64,000 bases of DNA from Paraphysomonas bandaiensis. Lineage: Eukaryota > Protista > Chrysophyceae. The notes beneath the pieces were generated by a model. The model was not told the DNA's origin, did no database searches, and was given only the letters and a program-made list of their open reading frames with translations. Position 1 is the stretch's first letter; each line of letters begins with the position of its first letter. The stretch spans positions 1,958 through 65,957 of the forward strand of contig CBFFRP010000029.1 in assembly GCA_965644295.1 (NCBI GenBank), in the 5' to 3' direction. The position numbers and the translations under genes are program-made. This document shows, in pieces, positions 40,156-52,440 of this stretch.

Positions 40156-42318
40156 CTACAATACGTCGAATCGTCGCTGTTGCATGAGTGTCTTGAGTAT
40201 TTTCTCTTTGTCTGAGTCAGAGTGGGAAAATTTTTGAACCATAGGATCCGACAATCCAAAAGCATCTTGAAGAAAAACATTTTTGGAACGTTCATGTTGT
40301 CTGATAAATGTTGCCAAAGATGGTTGAGAAAGTAGGAAAACAAAGTAACTATTTCTTAGTGTCCCTCGTGTGGAAAATGACGACATACAGTCATCCGGTA
40401 CATCTAGAATTTTGATAAGGTCGTAGAACGCTAAGACAGGTTTGAGCAAGACATTCAGCTCAGAAAAATTACATCCAGTGTTGTTGATATTAGAATTAAC
40501 CCTTTGACGTTTTCGGCACGGAGAATCACGGTTCAAGGCACCCATCTTTTCAAAATCCATCACACGATCACTGAGCAACTCTTGATCAGTAAAAACAGGA
40601 GGACGAGGAGAATGTGTGCCCACGCCGACTTGGGATTCCACTGCCTCACAAATACACTTCAGTGACGATATAATGCTCTCTTGCTGACGAAATTGGAGTA
40701 GTACCCGCTCTCGCAGAGCAATCAGACCAACATCCTCTAAAAATGGTGTGTTCTGTGTACTACCCTGGTCCTCCGCATGTGTTTCTCTGCTGAATTCTCT
40801 TGCGCGCTCCCTATCTATTACTATTCGTTCCGTAAGAGGATAGGAGCACGATTCAACTTCTCCACACCACTCTATGTATGCATCACATGCTCGAACCACC
40901 CACAAAATAAACTCCACGTCATTACGTATCCCTAGAGTTGTATTCCCACAACGCCTATGCCAGTGAGTGATGTCATCACACACAGCGTCTGCCTGTAATA
41001 CAAGCTCTTCCTTCAGAGAGTCGTAGAGGCGTATCCAGTTGACAACTGTAAGCTTTTGAGTAGCTCTCACCAGGCTCCCGTGTGGTACACCATCTCCAGT
41101 ACAGTTTACATGCCTTTCAGAGGAGTGGGTCTTGGGCACGAATAGAGATGATTTCCAGGTAGCCGAGAGGCGGTTGCGAAGCGATATTCGGAGCCAATGC
41201 CAGCTGTCGGCAAGTGACTGCCAGAGAGTGCGGTACAGACGATCACTGTGAGATTGTTTACACCAAAAATACCATCTTCCTTGCGAATGAGCTCCACTAC
41301 ACGATGGCATTCCAACTGTCCAACTCTGTTCACAGCAGTTCTCACTGCTCGAGTATTCCGTGGAGTTACCACGACCGGAGTAGAAAGTTTGTCCATGTGG
41401 CTGGACACTAGCATAATCCATAGAACTACTTGTTTCATGACCCGGACCATTTAAGCGGTTGCTTTCCATCTGAGCTGCAATGAGACGCCCTGCCGCACAA
41501 AGCTGTGCAAGTTGCGTTGTAGATGTAATAACTGTGTGCGCGACAGGTGGGGATGTGACCACAGCGGATGTTTGTGTAGTTCTATTCGGGCATGGCTCTC
41601 CACACATTTCACACCATTCGCTGGTCGGTAGTGCCTGGGTAAGAGAACACCTCGGACATTCCCATGTCGGTTCAACCGATGGGTGTGTAGAAACTGCATT
41701 GTTCGAAATAGGAAGGTGAGATGTCAACGGAGACCTGTTCCTCCTCGGGCGCATTTCCGACTTTGCATTCAGAACATAGATTTTGTGCAGGGGTTGCCAC
41801 AGCACATCACTTCTACACGTATAATGCCAACTCTTACACACATTCATGGCACATCGAAGTGCAGCAATATCCAGATAAACAAAACACATTTGCACGAGAA
41901 CATCTTCCGGTATAAGCGATATAAAATTTTCCCCACACTGGGTTTCCAGTGTACGATCAACTTTGTCACTTCGTAGGTATTGATCTTCATGCTCGTCATC
42001 AAAATCACTCATGAAATCTTCCAATATCTGCTCAGTTAATTTGTTTCGAGAATGAATTTCTTCGCACTTTCCATCAACTTCAATGCCCAGCCTCTTGTAC
42101 TTAGTCTCTCGCACTGACGACTCTGCACCACATACTTCGCATATTGTCGACTTTATATCGGCTTGGTTTACATGAGAGCAAGACTGACATATCCAGGGCA
42201 GGTCCAGGTCCACCTCTAACTGTTTAATGCGCTCATTCACTGTGCTGTTAGGAGCCTTCATGCCCCATACTTTTATCAATTCTCGTGTAACTTGAGTTTG
42301 TTTAAGATGTTCGATCAT
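40156..42318 (-). CDS. F-box protein with two RanBP2-type zinc fingers
   Basis: WICQSC..CEVC and WECPRC..CEMC flank the F-box LIPEDVLVQMCFVYLD...VCKSW...LW; single 720-aa ORF. Confidence 0.82.
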   Translation of the reverse strand: MIEHLKQTQVTRELIKVWGMKAPNSTVNERIKQLEVDLDLPWICQSCSHVNQADIKSTICEVCGAESSVRETKYKRLGIEVDGKCEEIHSRNKLTEQILEDFMSDFDDEHEDQYLRSDKVDRTLETQCGENFISLIPEDVLVQMCFVYLDIAALRCAMNVCKSWHYTCRSDVLWQPLHKIYVLNAKSEMRPRRNRSPLTSHLPISNNAVSTHPSVEPTWECPRCSLTQALPTSEWCEMCGEPCPNRTTQTSAVVTSPPVAHTVITSTTQLAQLCAAGRLIAAQMESNRLNGPGHETSSSMDYASVQPHGQTFYSGRGNSTEYSSSENCCEQSWTVGMPSCSGAHSQGRWYFWCKQSHSDRLYRTLWQSLADSWHWLRISLRNRLSATWKSSLFVPKTHSSERHVNCTGDGVPHGSLVRATQKLTVVNWIRLYDSLKEELVLQADAVCDDITHWHRRCGNTTLGIRNDVEFILWVVRACDAYIEWCGEVESCSYPLTERIVIDRERAREFSRETHAEDQGSTQNTPFLEDVGLIALRERVLLQFRQQESIISSLKCICEAVESQVGVGTHSPRPPVFTDQELLSDRVMDFEKMGALNRDSPCRKRQRVNSNINNTGCNFSELNVLLKPVLAFYDLIKILDVPDDCMSSFSTRGTLRNSYFVFLLSQPSLATFIRQHERSKNVFLQDAFGLSDPMVQKFSHSDSDKEKILKTLMQQRRFDVL

Positions 42319-42960
42319 GTTTAAAGCGGTGTGAGACAGTCTTATAGCAGTATGAGTGTAATCATAAGCGCATCAGTCATATCAACATACCACATACATA
42401 TACACATACATATATACACATATACCACTACTGCTGCTAGATCTCCTACAACCCCCTCACACCACTATCACTCTCACTCATAGAGAGACGTAAATGATAT
42501 AATCATCTCATCTTGAGTGTATATCACTCTATCTGTGTGATGTTAGAGGTGTGGTATGGTATGATAGGCCGGAGCTACATATACATGGACTGTACATATA
42601 CATCCTTCCTGTGTGTACACTGCTGTACATGTCTATATATACATAGAGAGGAGAGACTGAGAAACAGAAAGAACAAGATGACCAGAAATACATTGTGTAG
42701 TATACCGTATCACAATACACTGTACATCTTCTGTATTTAAATGGAACAAAAGTATTTCCCCCAGCCAATCATCTGTCTCGGTTTCACGGGCACCACAGGA
42801 TGAATAAACTTCCCTCTGTATTTAACGCACGATACAGCAGTACATATACATGTACAAGTACATGGACCTGCCTCAAGCCTGCAGCCAGAAGGACCCCTCT
42901 AGATTATAGGCCCCTATAGACATACAGACCCATTGCCTATTTACTATATAAGAAATTGGA

Positions 42961-44559
42961 ATGAGTTTGATTGGAATTGATTTTGGAAGTCACTGTGCGT
43001 CATTAGCACTGTGTAATGATGATGGCAGCTCTGTGGAGGTGTTTGCAGATGATATGGTTCGTATTCATAGTTACAGTGCATTAATATGAGTAACAGTGAG
43101 TCATATACAGGGATCAAGAAGCATTCCTTGTGTTGTTGCATTCAGAGGAGAGGAGATTCTTGTTGGTCATGCTGCACTTGTTCAGCAGCATAAGAATAGA
43201 GCGAACACATTCCCCAAGATACGTGAGCTCCTGGATAGAGCAGATGGGGAGGGTGTCGAAGTGCCATTGTTAGAGAAGAGTTTATCTGTAGTTGAGCTAG
43301 TATCCCATTTCTTTCGTCATGTACATAATCAAGTAAAGCAACAAGTTGGTAAAGCGGTCAGGGACTGTGTTATTACAGTTCCTCACAATGCATCCGACAA
43401 TTTCAAAGCACGCCTGTCTGAGAGTGCCAAAGCTGGTGGCATCAGAATCAAAGCGTTTATTCCTGAAAACATAGCCGCTGCATTAGGACAGAAGATTGAG
43501 AGCCCGCCAGCTTCTGGGTGTTGCGTTATGGTTGTTGATTTAGGGTGGTCCAAATCAGAGATTTCTTGCTTTCTTGTGTTGTCTGAAGGGGCGCTTATTC
43601 CCATTGCATCCAAAGTATCAACTGAAGTAACTGGTCAGTCTGTTGTCTCATCTCTTACTGCTCATTGTGCAAAAGACTTTCAACGAAAAGCCAAGTTCCC
43701 TTGTGTGGACAATGCACGTGCCATGGTACGTTTAGGGAGGGAATGTGAAGCAGCCGTTAAGGTTCTATCTACTACTGCTGAAACCACAATTGGAATCGAC
43801 TCATTATGTGAAGGCGTAGACTATACAGGCAAAGTATCTCGTGCAAGATTTGATGATCTCTGTGGAACATACTTTATGGGCGTTAGGGGAATTGTTAGAG
43901 AGGCCCTGCAGGGCGATGACATTGAGTGGACACTCGACCGAGTATCCCACATTGTACTCGCAGGTAGAGTACCGAATGACATACTTGTTGTACAGCTTAT
44001 AAGTTGTGTAGGAGGCTTCAGTGCGCTTCCACGTGCGCAAAGTATACTCTCCTCAGAGATGCCTAATGCATCCTTCGTCCGTGGCCGAGTTGAGCCCGCT
44101 GAAACATTGTGTGTTGGCGCGTGTACACATGGTGCTGTACTAATTCAAGAGGTATATTAATCCACATATATCGCGCTTGGTATTACTGACCTGTGATATT
44201 AGGGATGTCTGGAGTCTCCCCCTACGGAAAAATTATCTCTCCCTTGCTCTAGCACTGACATTTACATCTCCGGGGCCAACGATAGCAGTATCCTAGTCGT
44301 CCCTGCTGGGGCTCTTCTACCGTACTCGACCACGGTCAATGCCACAGCCGCAGAAGGGCCGTCGTCTTCTCTTTTTATTCATACTACTCCATCTAAGGAA
44401 GACCCAATAGGTCGAATGGTTTTCGATGTGCCATCAGGTGATGCACCGTCAGAGTTGTCAATTGATGTCTCTATGACCTTAGAGGGTAGTCTCCGCGTTA
44501 TTGTACGTAAAGGTAACGTCCACCTCGAGAAGATAGATATTTTAGCAACTAGTGAGTAA
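42961..44559 (+). CDS. HSPA14: Atypical short Hsp70 (HSPA14/Ssz1-like)
   Basis: MSLIGIDFGS, SRSIPCVVAF, VVDLGWS, RLGRECEAAVKVLS, IDSLCEGVDY, SRARFDDLC; truncated substrate-binding domain without a lid or EEVD. Confidence 0.75.
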
Positions 44560-45219
44560 CTAAGTGTGTTATTGATCTGATTGAATTGAATGTCAACCTG
44601 AGATATGTCGGTTGGCTGATACTGTTCTTGTTTCTTATAATTTTTGTGCGTTGTGTGCACTGCGGTGTTCATTGCGTAAACCGTAAACATTTAAATTCTA
44701 CAATTTTGAGTTAGTATCATTTTATTGCAATGTTAAAGAGTAAACAGGTATGTCCCGAATCCTTATTGCTGTGATAGTGGTAGTAGGTTGCAGGTCTCAA
44801 CATCTCAGCATTAGCTGGTGGTGAGAGTTGAATAGAAGTTTGCTGTACGCTGTGTACTGGACGGTGTATTACAATGGAGCCGTAAAAGTACTACTACGAC
44901 GAAATTTTCTTAGTGTTTAGAATATATTTTCGTAAACTACAGTTCTCATAAGATAGCTACATTATACACAAGTTCTTTATTCAATGAAAAACGACAAGTC
45001 CTAAGAATAGAAGTACTACTAAAATATCGTCGACTTTGCGCAAAAAGATTATGAAATCTAGTGCTACTTAAACTTGAATTTTATTACATAATCTCGAATA
45101 GTGTCTACACTTCAATTACAGGATGGTAGAGGAGATCAGAAAAAGAACCACACATGCGTAACAAAGTATACGCATCAAGATGTCATTCCGTGGTACGCAT
45201 CACGCCCTACCATATCTGC

Positions 45220-45706
45220 TTATAATTCAGCAGGATTCGGAGCTGGTTGGAATATGTCTTTAAATGTATTTGTGGCTGCAGTGAATCCTTCACGATACCC
45301 ATGCTCGCACCACCTTGACACTGTTGGTTTAGGAAGCTCGTGACTAGCCTCCATGCATGTCTGTGAGATTCTATACTGCGGCTTTCTCCCTTGGCATAAA
45401 GACATGCAAGACTAAGAATACAAGAATACTAATTAATGAATGTCAAGGGCATTGTGGGTACATACATCAAAGTATCCCTTCTCCATTGCAGAAGTGCAGT
45501 AGTCGCCTACTTTCGGACGCGGAAGTACCTTCTTCGCTTCACTATATAGCCGTACATAAGAGCACACAACACCTAGCAGAGATTATTTACCTGCACATTT
45601 CAAGCGTAAGAATATCTCGCTTGAGATCATCACATGTCTTCCAGCAGTCCTCTTCTGCGTATGCAGCTGCAGCTAATATCGAGATAAAGAAATATTTGAA
45701 TATCAT
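45220..45706 (-). CDS. Small secreted Cys-rich protein with two internal repeats, three exons
   Basis: MIFKYFFISILAAAAYA signal peptide; repeats C-EAKKVLPRPKVGDYC and CMEASHELPKPTVSRWC are joined through two GT-AG introns. Confidence 0.7.
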
Positions 45707-46379
45707 ATTAATTCAGTGCACTGTGTTTATGATACTTGTCGTGGATGTTCACTGTTTGTGCCAGGAAATGTAGTAGATATATTGGCTATTGCATATGTTG
45801 CAGAACGTGCTGTATATATTCGTACGTGCACAAGCAGTTGAATAGATAGGATAGATCCATATAGCAGTGTACGGTATGCTGTATTCTCTGTATGCATCAT
45901 GTCCCTCAGAGGGGAATGCACTGTATACAACTACACGTATATCTGGATTCTCTAAAGAACTATTCAAGTCCGGAAATCGCACTACTGTCGTATGTCCGGT
46001 GAGAATACGCTGTATACCCACCCCCTACAAGGTTCCGTTGTGGAGCAGTTTCAAGCACTGCTTTAATTTTGATCCTATAAACTAGTGTTTTTTTCGTAAA
46101 CTAGAGATTTTCAGCCACCGCCAGAGAGGTGAAATATACTGCTGTTAGATGCCCACAGTTACATATAGGGGGAGTATTATATGCATATGCCTACAGCACA
46201 CATGAACTCCAACTAATAGAAGAAGTACCCTTAAAGTATATTGCAATAACATTCAGTGAGCCTATGCAGTATATATCATAGAATGGGCTTTATACTATAC
46301 TATTGACGGCTGTGGAATACACGAGTTTCCTTCTTATTGGAGTGTATTATTTTTGTATTGTCTGATAATCTTTATCGCC

Positions 46380-47114
46380 ATGACGATTTCATGTTATATG
46401 AGGATCGTGTTCGGACTGGTTATGTTCTATATGGCTGAAGGAACTATAGAAAGGTGTCAAGCGAACTGTGTCGCTGATGATCGTAAAGTAGGCCCCACAA
46501 AGCCGCAGCATACACGACCTCATCCTTGGAAGCCCGCACCGTTTCCCGTTGCATTCGATGGATTTTGTAAACTGGGGTGTCAATTGTTTTTCTCAGAAAA
46601 TCCGTACAATGTCACTTGCAAGAGGTCGTGCGATTACGCTTATAGATATGGAATTTCAGTCGAATATAGTGATCTTGGTGAAGTTGCCAAACTCGAGTGT
46701 AGAGATGGGTGTGACATAGCATTACTCACTTGTCAGACGGGGTACTACTGCGTCAATGGAGAAATGAAAACTTGTCCGCCTGGACGTTTTCGTGAGAGCG
46801 ACACTGAGAATATAACATCTTGTGTGGATTGCCCTCCAGGCCGATACAGAGAGAGAGATAAAGGTACCAGTGCAGATACATGCACAAAATGTCCGATTGG
46901 GAAATATGCGAACACAACTGGCGCTTACGATCCTAATACTTGCTTGAAATGCCCAGCTGGGCAGACCGCTGAAGAAGAAGGCATGGCGATATGCAAGTGC
47001 ATTACCCCTTACAGCTGTGATATGTACGTTGAACTTGAAGGCAACACCACTCAATACTATAGTAATGGCGTTGATTTCTTCAGAGAAACAGTGCCATTTA
47101 TAGGTCGGTGGTAG
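46380..47114 (+). CDS. Secreted Cys-rich protein with GCC2/GCC3 (ephrin-receptor-like) repeats
   Basis: Hydrophobic N-terminus; CPPGRF, CVDCPPGRY, CTKCPIGKY, CLKCPAG. Confidence 0.75.
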   Translation: MTISCYMRIVFGLVMFYMAEGTIERCQANCVADDRKVGPTKPQHTRPHPWKPAPFPVAFDGFCKLGCQLFFSENPYNVTCKRSCDYAYRYGISVEYSDLGEVAKLECRDGCDIALLTCQTGYYCVNGEMKTCPPGRFRESDTENITSCVDCPPGRYRERDKGTSADTCTKCPIGKYANTTGAYDPNTCLKCPAGQTAEEEGMAICKCITPYSCDMYVELEGNTTQYYSNGVDFFRETVPFIGRW

Positions 47115-47868
47115 AGCGTAGTATTATCATGTGTGGCAATCATATTTGAGAGGGCTGGTTAGGTGCTGTAGTATCGTTTATTTTACTCGTATTTTCATAT
47201 GTTGATATATTGTTCTAATTGCGTATTTATTCTAATATCGCTTCTGCGAACAAAACGTTATTGATCCTGGCCATCGAGATGTCAAACATTGGAGCAATCT
47301 AAATCTGTATCCATTAATAACCTAGAGTATTTCGTGTATGTTGTCCATATTTTTTGTACTCCTCACCTAATACATAACACACAATAGATATATAGCTAAA
47401 ACCGATCGTTATGAAATATGAAAGAATTATTTATAGTTACAGTGTATTGTTACTATTTTAGGTCATCCACCACACCACGACTTTTGATCGTTTGAGCAAA
47501 AACTAGTAAAGTGCAGTATATTGATACTGCACGTTGTTTTGCCCTATATGATGTTCATTTATTAAAAAAATTTGACAACGTTTTAGCATAAAAAGGTGGT
47601 TCTTTTAATATCAATTAATTGCAATTGATTGACAATTAATTGAAGCGAGCTGGAGTCAATTATAATTGCAATTATGAATTGATGTCCCAATTTCAATAAT
47701 TGACAATTAATTGCATTAATTAAAAATCAATTAAGTTGTACGCAGCCATATAGTGGCAGTGAGGAAACTTAACTTGAAATACTATTGCAATGTACATTTA
47801 TATTCAAACCCTTAGTGGTCAACTACTCAATAGTATCGTCGCATTATATTGTCCATATTGTTCTATAT

Positions 47869-48089
47869 CAGGGCCCGGAACAATATATATTGATATATTG
47901 AATAGAAATATATTGCAAAATATATTGCTTGGTGGACCGGCCAAAAGTTACATCAATATTGTTTCTGTTAAAGTAACTCACAATTATATTACAATAGTAA
48001 TGTTGGTCCGATTTTAAAAAAACATCAATAGTATTGAGGGAACGCTATTTAACACTAGTATTGCAATATATTGCTCCCTGGTGTCCCTG
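47869..48089. mobile_element. hAT-like MITE, with a second partial copy at 50011-50190
   Basis: CAGGG...CCCTG ends, repeated CAATATATTG palindromes, and the shared core TTGGTGGACCGGC...TCTGTTAAAGTA...CATCAATAGT...GGAACGCTAT. Confidence 0.6.
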
Positions 48090-48750
48090 GGCTACATCAG
48101 TACCATCGATAGATTTTCTTTCACTACATTAAGAAATAATATCTGCTATACTGAAGATAAATGCTAATATACTGCAATACGCAATCATGACAGATACACT
48201 TGTCCACCATACACATACTTAGTCCAAGGTTCCGTACTAGACCTACGCACTGCACTGTAGATAGATAACGGAAGAAAGGACCCATCTATACAGTAATTCT
48301 CCAACTACAGTGTGTCTACGTCGAAGGCGGTCCTACGGAATATATAAGAATAGAGGGTTTAAGATTCAATCTGACGATCGTCAGACCATTTCTTGTTCTG
48401 CTCTCTATATAATAACAGCAGATGTAATTCTCATGCCATGATCAATATACTCTTCCAACAACCGATTCGATATGCGATACATTGATCTCAGCACCTCAAC
48501 CTCATTCACACGGTATAAAATATGTGTCCTTAGTCCTCATATGGAGACACAGGACTGCAGGAGTGTGTCTGGATACACACCTCCAATGCACAGCTTATCA
48601 AACACATTACTAACCAATAAAAAACAATGTATAGACATATAACGCATATGATTGGCTATATAATTATACGAGTGTTGAGGCATATGTACAGTGCAGCAGT
48701 GCAGTGCATGACTTATGTCATCACATCACTGATGAAACACATACACCGCA

Positions 48751-49254
48751 ATGAGTAAAGCATCCAATCATGTAGACGCCTCTTTCCTGACTGAGGTTGA
48801 AGACTATCTGTATATGCAAGATGACCTAGTCGATAATCTCACAGAATGGGCACGTAATAACTGCTCCTCCTTTACAGATAAAGACCCGAGATGCATCGAG
48901 CAGCCGCTGGAACACACCGAACTGCATCATGAATTTTGTGACATATTTGAAAATATGCTTACAAAATTTTTAATAAGTCACGATGTGTCGATAACTGAAT
49001 TTTACTCTCTCCTCAAACAGGAGCAAAAATTGGCTGAGAGCGGAAAAGCAGAGCTTCCTGTGTCAGCAACATTTGGCTCTATGTTACTCAGTGTTACAGA
49101 TTTTTTTTCATTTTGCGAGATGATGTATGACGTTAATAGCGGCGGTGAGGTTGTATTTTGTCCACCACTGATTGATGATGCTAATAGAGTTGCCGGAGCG
49201 AAGTGTGAATCATCTGATGATGATGATTGTAATTATAAAAGCTCGAAAAAGTAG
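48751..49254 (+). CDS. BART (ARL2-binding) domain protein, CFAP36-like family
   Basis: NCSSF...EQPLEHTELHHEFCDIFENML..FL...LLSVTDFFSFCEMM pattern. Confidence 0.78.
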   Translation: MSKASNHVDASFLTEVEDYLYMQDDLVDNLTEWARNNCSSFTDKDPRCIEQPLEHTELHHEFCDIFENMLTKFLISHDVSITEFYSLLKQEQKLAESGKAELPVSATFGSMLLSVTDFFSFCEMMYDVNSGGEVVFCPPLIDDANRVAGAKCESSDDDDCNYKSSKK

Positions 49255-50010
49255 ATATCAACGATTGTAGTGATTATAGAAAAATAATTGTAATACTGGG
49301 GTGATATACTTGTGGATGTGATGCATAATGTCAATGATGTAAGCATGTAGAGCTTAAAACTTAATTTATCTAATTTTCTAATATGCTAGACCTGTTCATG
49401 ACGTATCTATGATATTCAATTATATGTTTTTTTCGCATAACATTTGGTGAATTAAAATCTCATCCCGAAGATGCCGATATCCACGTAAAAACATCAACAT
49501 TTCAAGTGTCTAGGTGCCATTCGCTATATTATTATATATAATGTATAATGCTGCATGAGATTAATGTGTATACTAACCCTTATAACGTCTGTCCCATTCT
49601 GAGGCGTGGCCATAGAGTAGGCTCGCTGGCACACCATCTATAGTACCAAGATTTACTGATCTGCCACCCGCCTACCCGTGCATCAACGTAGCTGACCGCA
49701 TAGATCGCGCGCAGATTCTGTTTCCGGCCCACCGGTGCAATCCTTCGCTAAGAAGAATTTCTCATAGCTATGTACGACTTATATATGTAGTTTACGTAGA
49801 TTCTAGTAGGACCGTGTGTACCTTCCATTACCCTAAGATTACGTAGTATAGGGTATAGGTCTAGTGTGACATTGGCCGGCCCCCCTCCCCCAGAATGTGC
49901 GTGGTTTCTCGTAATCACATATAAGCTATGCAAGTATAGTGTATATTGTAGATCTAGCTAGAACTTCTTTGGTGCCGACACACAAAGAACACGCTGAGAT
50001 TAGTATTAAC

Positions 50011-50190
50011 CAGGGCTAGGAAACAATATATTGTATTGCAATACATTCTACAATATATTGATTGGTGGACCGGCATTATTATTCTGTTAAAGTAGCTCAC
50101 AATATATTGATATATTGCAATTGTACTGTTGGACCTGTTTAAAATCTCCATCAATAGTTTTGATGGAACGCTATGTAACAATAGTATTGC
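50011..50190. repeat. Partial second copy of the 47869 MITE
   Basis: Direct similarity, starting CAGGGCTAGGAAACAATATATTG. Confidence 0.6.
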
Positions 50191-50620
50191 TGCAGTCAAA
50201 TCTAACAATTACGAGGTAGCTTATGATTGAACATTCGAAATATCTTTTTATATTATACGTTTATTACCGTTTCGTTGATTACTTTCCTGCGATATTGATT
50301 GATTATTCTTTAATTTAGTGATCACTTACACATACACACCTTACACTCTCAGCGTAAACACAATCTTCTTCACTGTAGTTATACACTCTCAGAGGCTCCT
50401 CTTATATATTGCTGGATATAATGGTGCCAAGCTGTGATAGATGCGAAAGGATATGCCATTAAGTATTAAGTGGGGGGGTTTTATAAGAAGCCTAAAAATC
50501 AAGGTTTTGATACATTAATTAAGAAAATTTTCACCAATTTTTAAGCTGAATAGCTCATTAGAAAGCCCTAAAAAAACTACACATTTCCTATTATTAGAGT
50601 AATATCCAGTTTTTACATTT

Positions 50621-51441
50621 GCCGTCTTATACAAAAGCATGCGACAAAACACAAAAAAATTGATTACTACGAATTTTTTTAGGGTTTGTCGTTTTGCCAC
50701 CTTGCAACTTGTCGCTCTCCCACTTCTTTTTTTTAATCGCCAGCTGTCTGTTCACCCACATGAGAGTGTTCAGCATATCATATAGATATATGAGGGCTCT
50801 AGATTGTCAGTCTGTATTAGATATTGCAAGATGCTGGATACGGAAGAATTAGCTCTCTTCATCTTAACAGTTTCGCGGAATGTCGGCTTTACTGATGCAG
50901 TTGCTTGGACGCTAATCATTTCGCTATTCGCTGGATCTATAGAAGTATGTGGACTACTCCTCTAAAGTAGTAACGAAATGATTGATTTTCATGTAGGTAG
51001 TAAAGGTACTGAGAAGTAGAGACAGAAACCGAGTAAGAAATCGGCAGTATGCATTGGACGAAATGGACAAATTAACAGAAAGGGAGTTTAAGAGAATGTT
51101 CAGAATGTCAAGGCGTTGTTTCGACGTATTAGAGGTTAGTTATTTACTTACAACTGTTACGTACTTTGTTTTACTTGAAACCAGGAAAGGCTGATAGACT
51201 ACTACGGCGATGATTTCGACACCGAATTACATCGTCGACGAGCTGAAGCCAGCAGCGGTAGTGTGATTTCCATGAGAACACGTCTTGTGCAATGAAACCA
51301 AAAATTCTATGTGACAAGATGAGAGGAAAGTGTCGTTTTGTTTTGTATAAGGCCCCAAACGACACGTCGCACGACATTTCTACAAAAAAAATACTAAAAA
51401 AATCGTAGGACAATGTCGTTTTGTTTTGTATAAGACGGCCC
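50621..51441 (+). mobile_element. Internally deleted PIF/Harbinger transposon
   Basis: TIR GCCGTCTTATACAAAA / TTTTGTATAAGACGGCCC followed by TTA; transposase N-terminal remnant LTEREFKRMFRMSRRCFDVL. Confidence 0.72.
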
Positions 51442-51780
51442 TTAGTGAAATTTTCAAAAAACCGTTGTTCTTTTTTTTTTGACCGACCCTGTATATAGAT
51501 ATGTTTTCATGTATACCTGCTATACTGTACAATCCCATACACTACTGCTATCCTGCTGTACAATCCTATACATCGATTGCTCCCATACAAATCTACAGCA
51601 TCAAAACACATCTTATCACAATAGCACACAGCCCTGTATAAGTAGCATATTATTAGTACGAGTTTTTGCTTATTTATTGCTTATTTTTCCTCGTCCTGGT
51701 CGTTGCTCGTGTGAACTGTTCGAATATTCGTTCGTGTCGCGCATTGCTGTCAAGTAATCATCAGCTGCAATTTTTCGAAA

Positions 51781-52209
51781 ATGCCCCCAAAGAAGAGAAA
51801 AGTAGAAGCTACCTCTGAATCTCCTGCTGATGATGTGCAGCCTGTCTCAGCACCTTTGGACGTCCCAGAGAAGCCCCCATTGATGCAAGAAGGATTGACG
51901 AAGTCGGCAGCAAAGGCTCTTTTCAAGGACCTACAGTGTATTTGGGGAGACTTCATCGAACATGGCCAGATATCGAGAGTTCGTAGATTTCTGAAAACAG
52001 ATATTCAAAACGCGTTGACGAAAGCTGAGAAAGAAAGATTTGTTGCACAAGTGAAAGCACAGGATGAAGACCCTTCGCTCATGTGCGAAAAGATGGACAT
52101 GGCGTCGCTATTTCCTGAAGTACAAGCCGTGATTGATTACAAAAGTCCTGTGGCAGCTTCTTCCACACCAAAGGTTTCCAAGAAGCGCAAGAAGCGCAGA
52201 AAATACTGA
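51781..52209 (+). CDS. Hypothetical 142-aa protein with basic NLS-like clusters at both ends
   Basis: Clean ATG ORF in AAAATG context; MPPKKRKV...KKRKKRRKY. Confidence 0.55.
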   Translation: MPPKKRKVEATSESPADDVQPVSAPLDVPEKPPLMQEGLTKSAAKALFKDLQCIWGDFIEHGQISRVRRFLKTDIQNALTKAEKERFVAQVKAQDEDPSLMCEKMDMASLFPEVQAVIDYKSPVAASSTPKVSKKRKKRRKY

Positions 52210-52440
52210 TTTGTGGCAACGTGCTAGTTGTTGCCATTGAAGCAATTATAAAAATAACGCTTGTTATTTAGTCTCGGCTGAGCATTGCTTAATTACATCA
52301 GTCTTAAAATAATTATTGTTGGTCCCCCGTTCATTTCTAAGTTAAGAGCCATGATTTACAGCACAGCTTGAAGCGTATTTCATACACGCTTCAATATTAC
52401 AATGCTTGGATTATTAACCATGCTTATTTGAGATTAAACA

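Noticed and set aside
49590-49980. Possible solo LTR starting TGTCCCATTCTGAG, like the 10125 LTR
   Set aside because: Similarity is limited to about 15 bp and no TSD was found.
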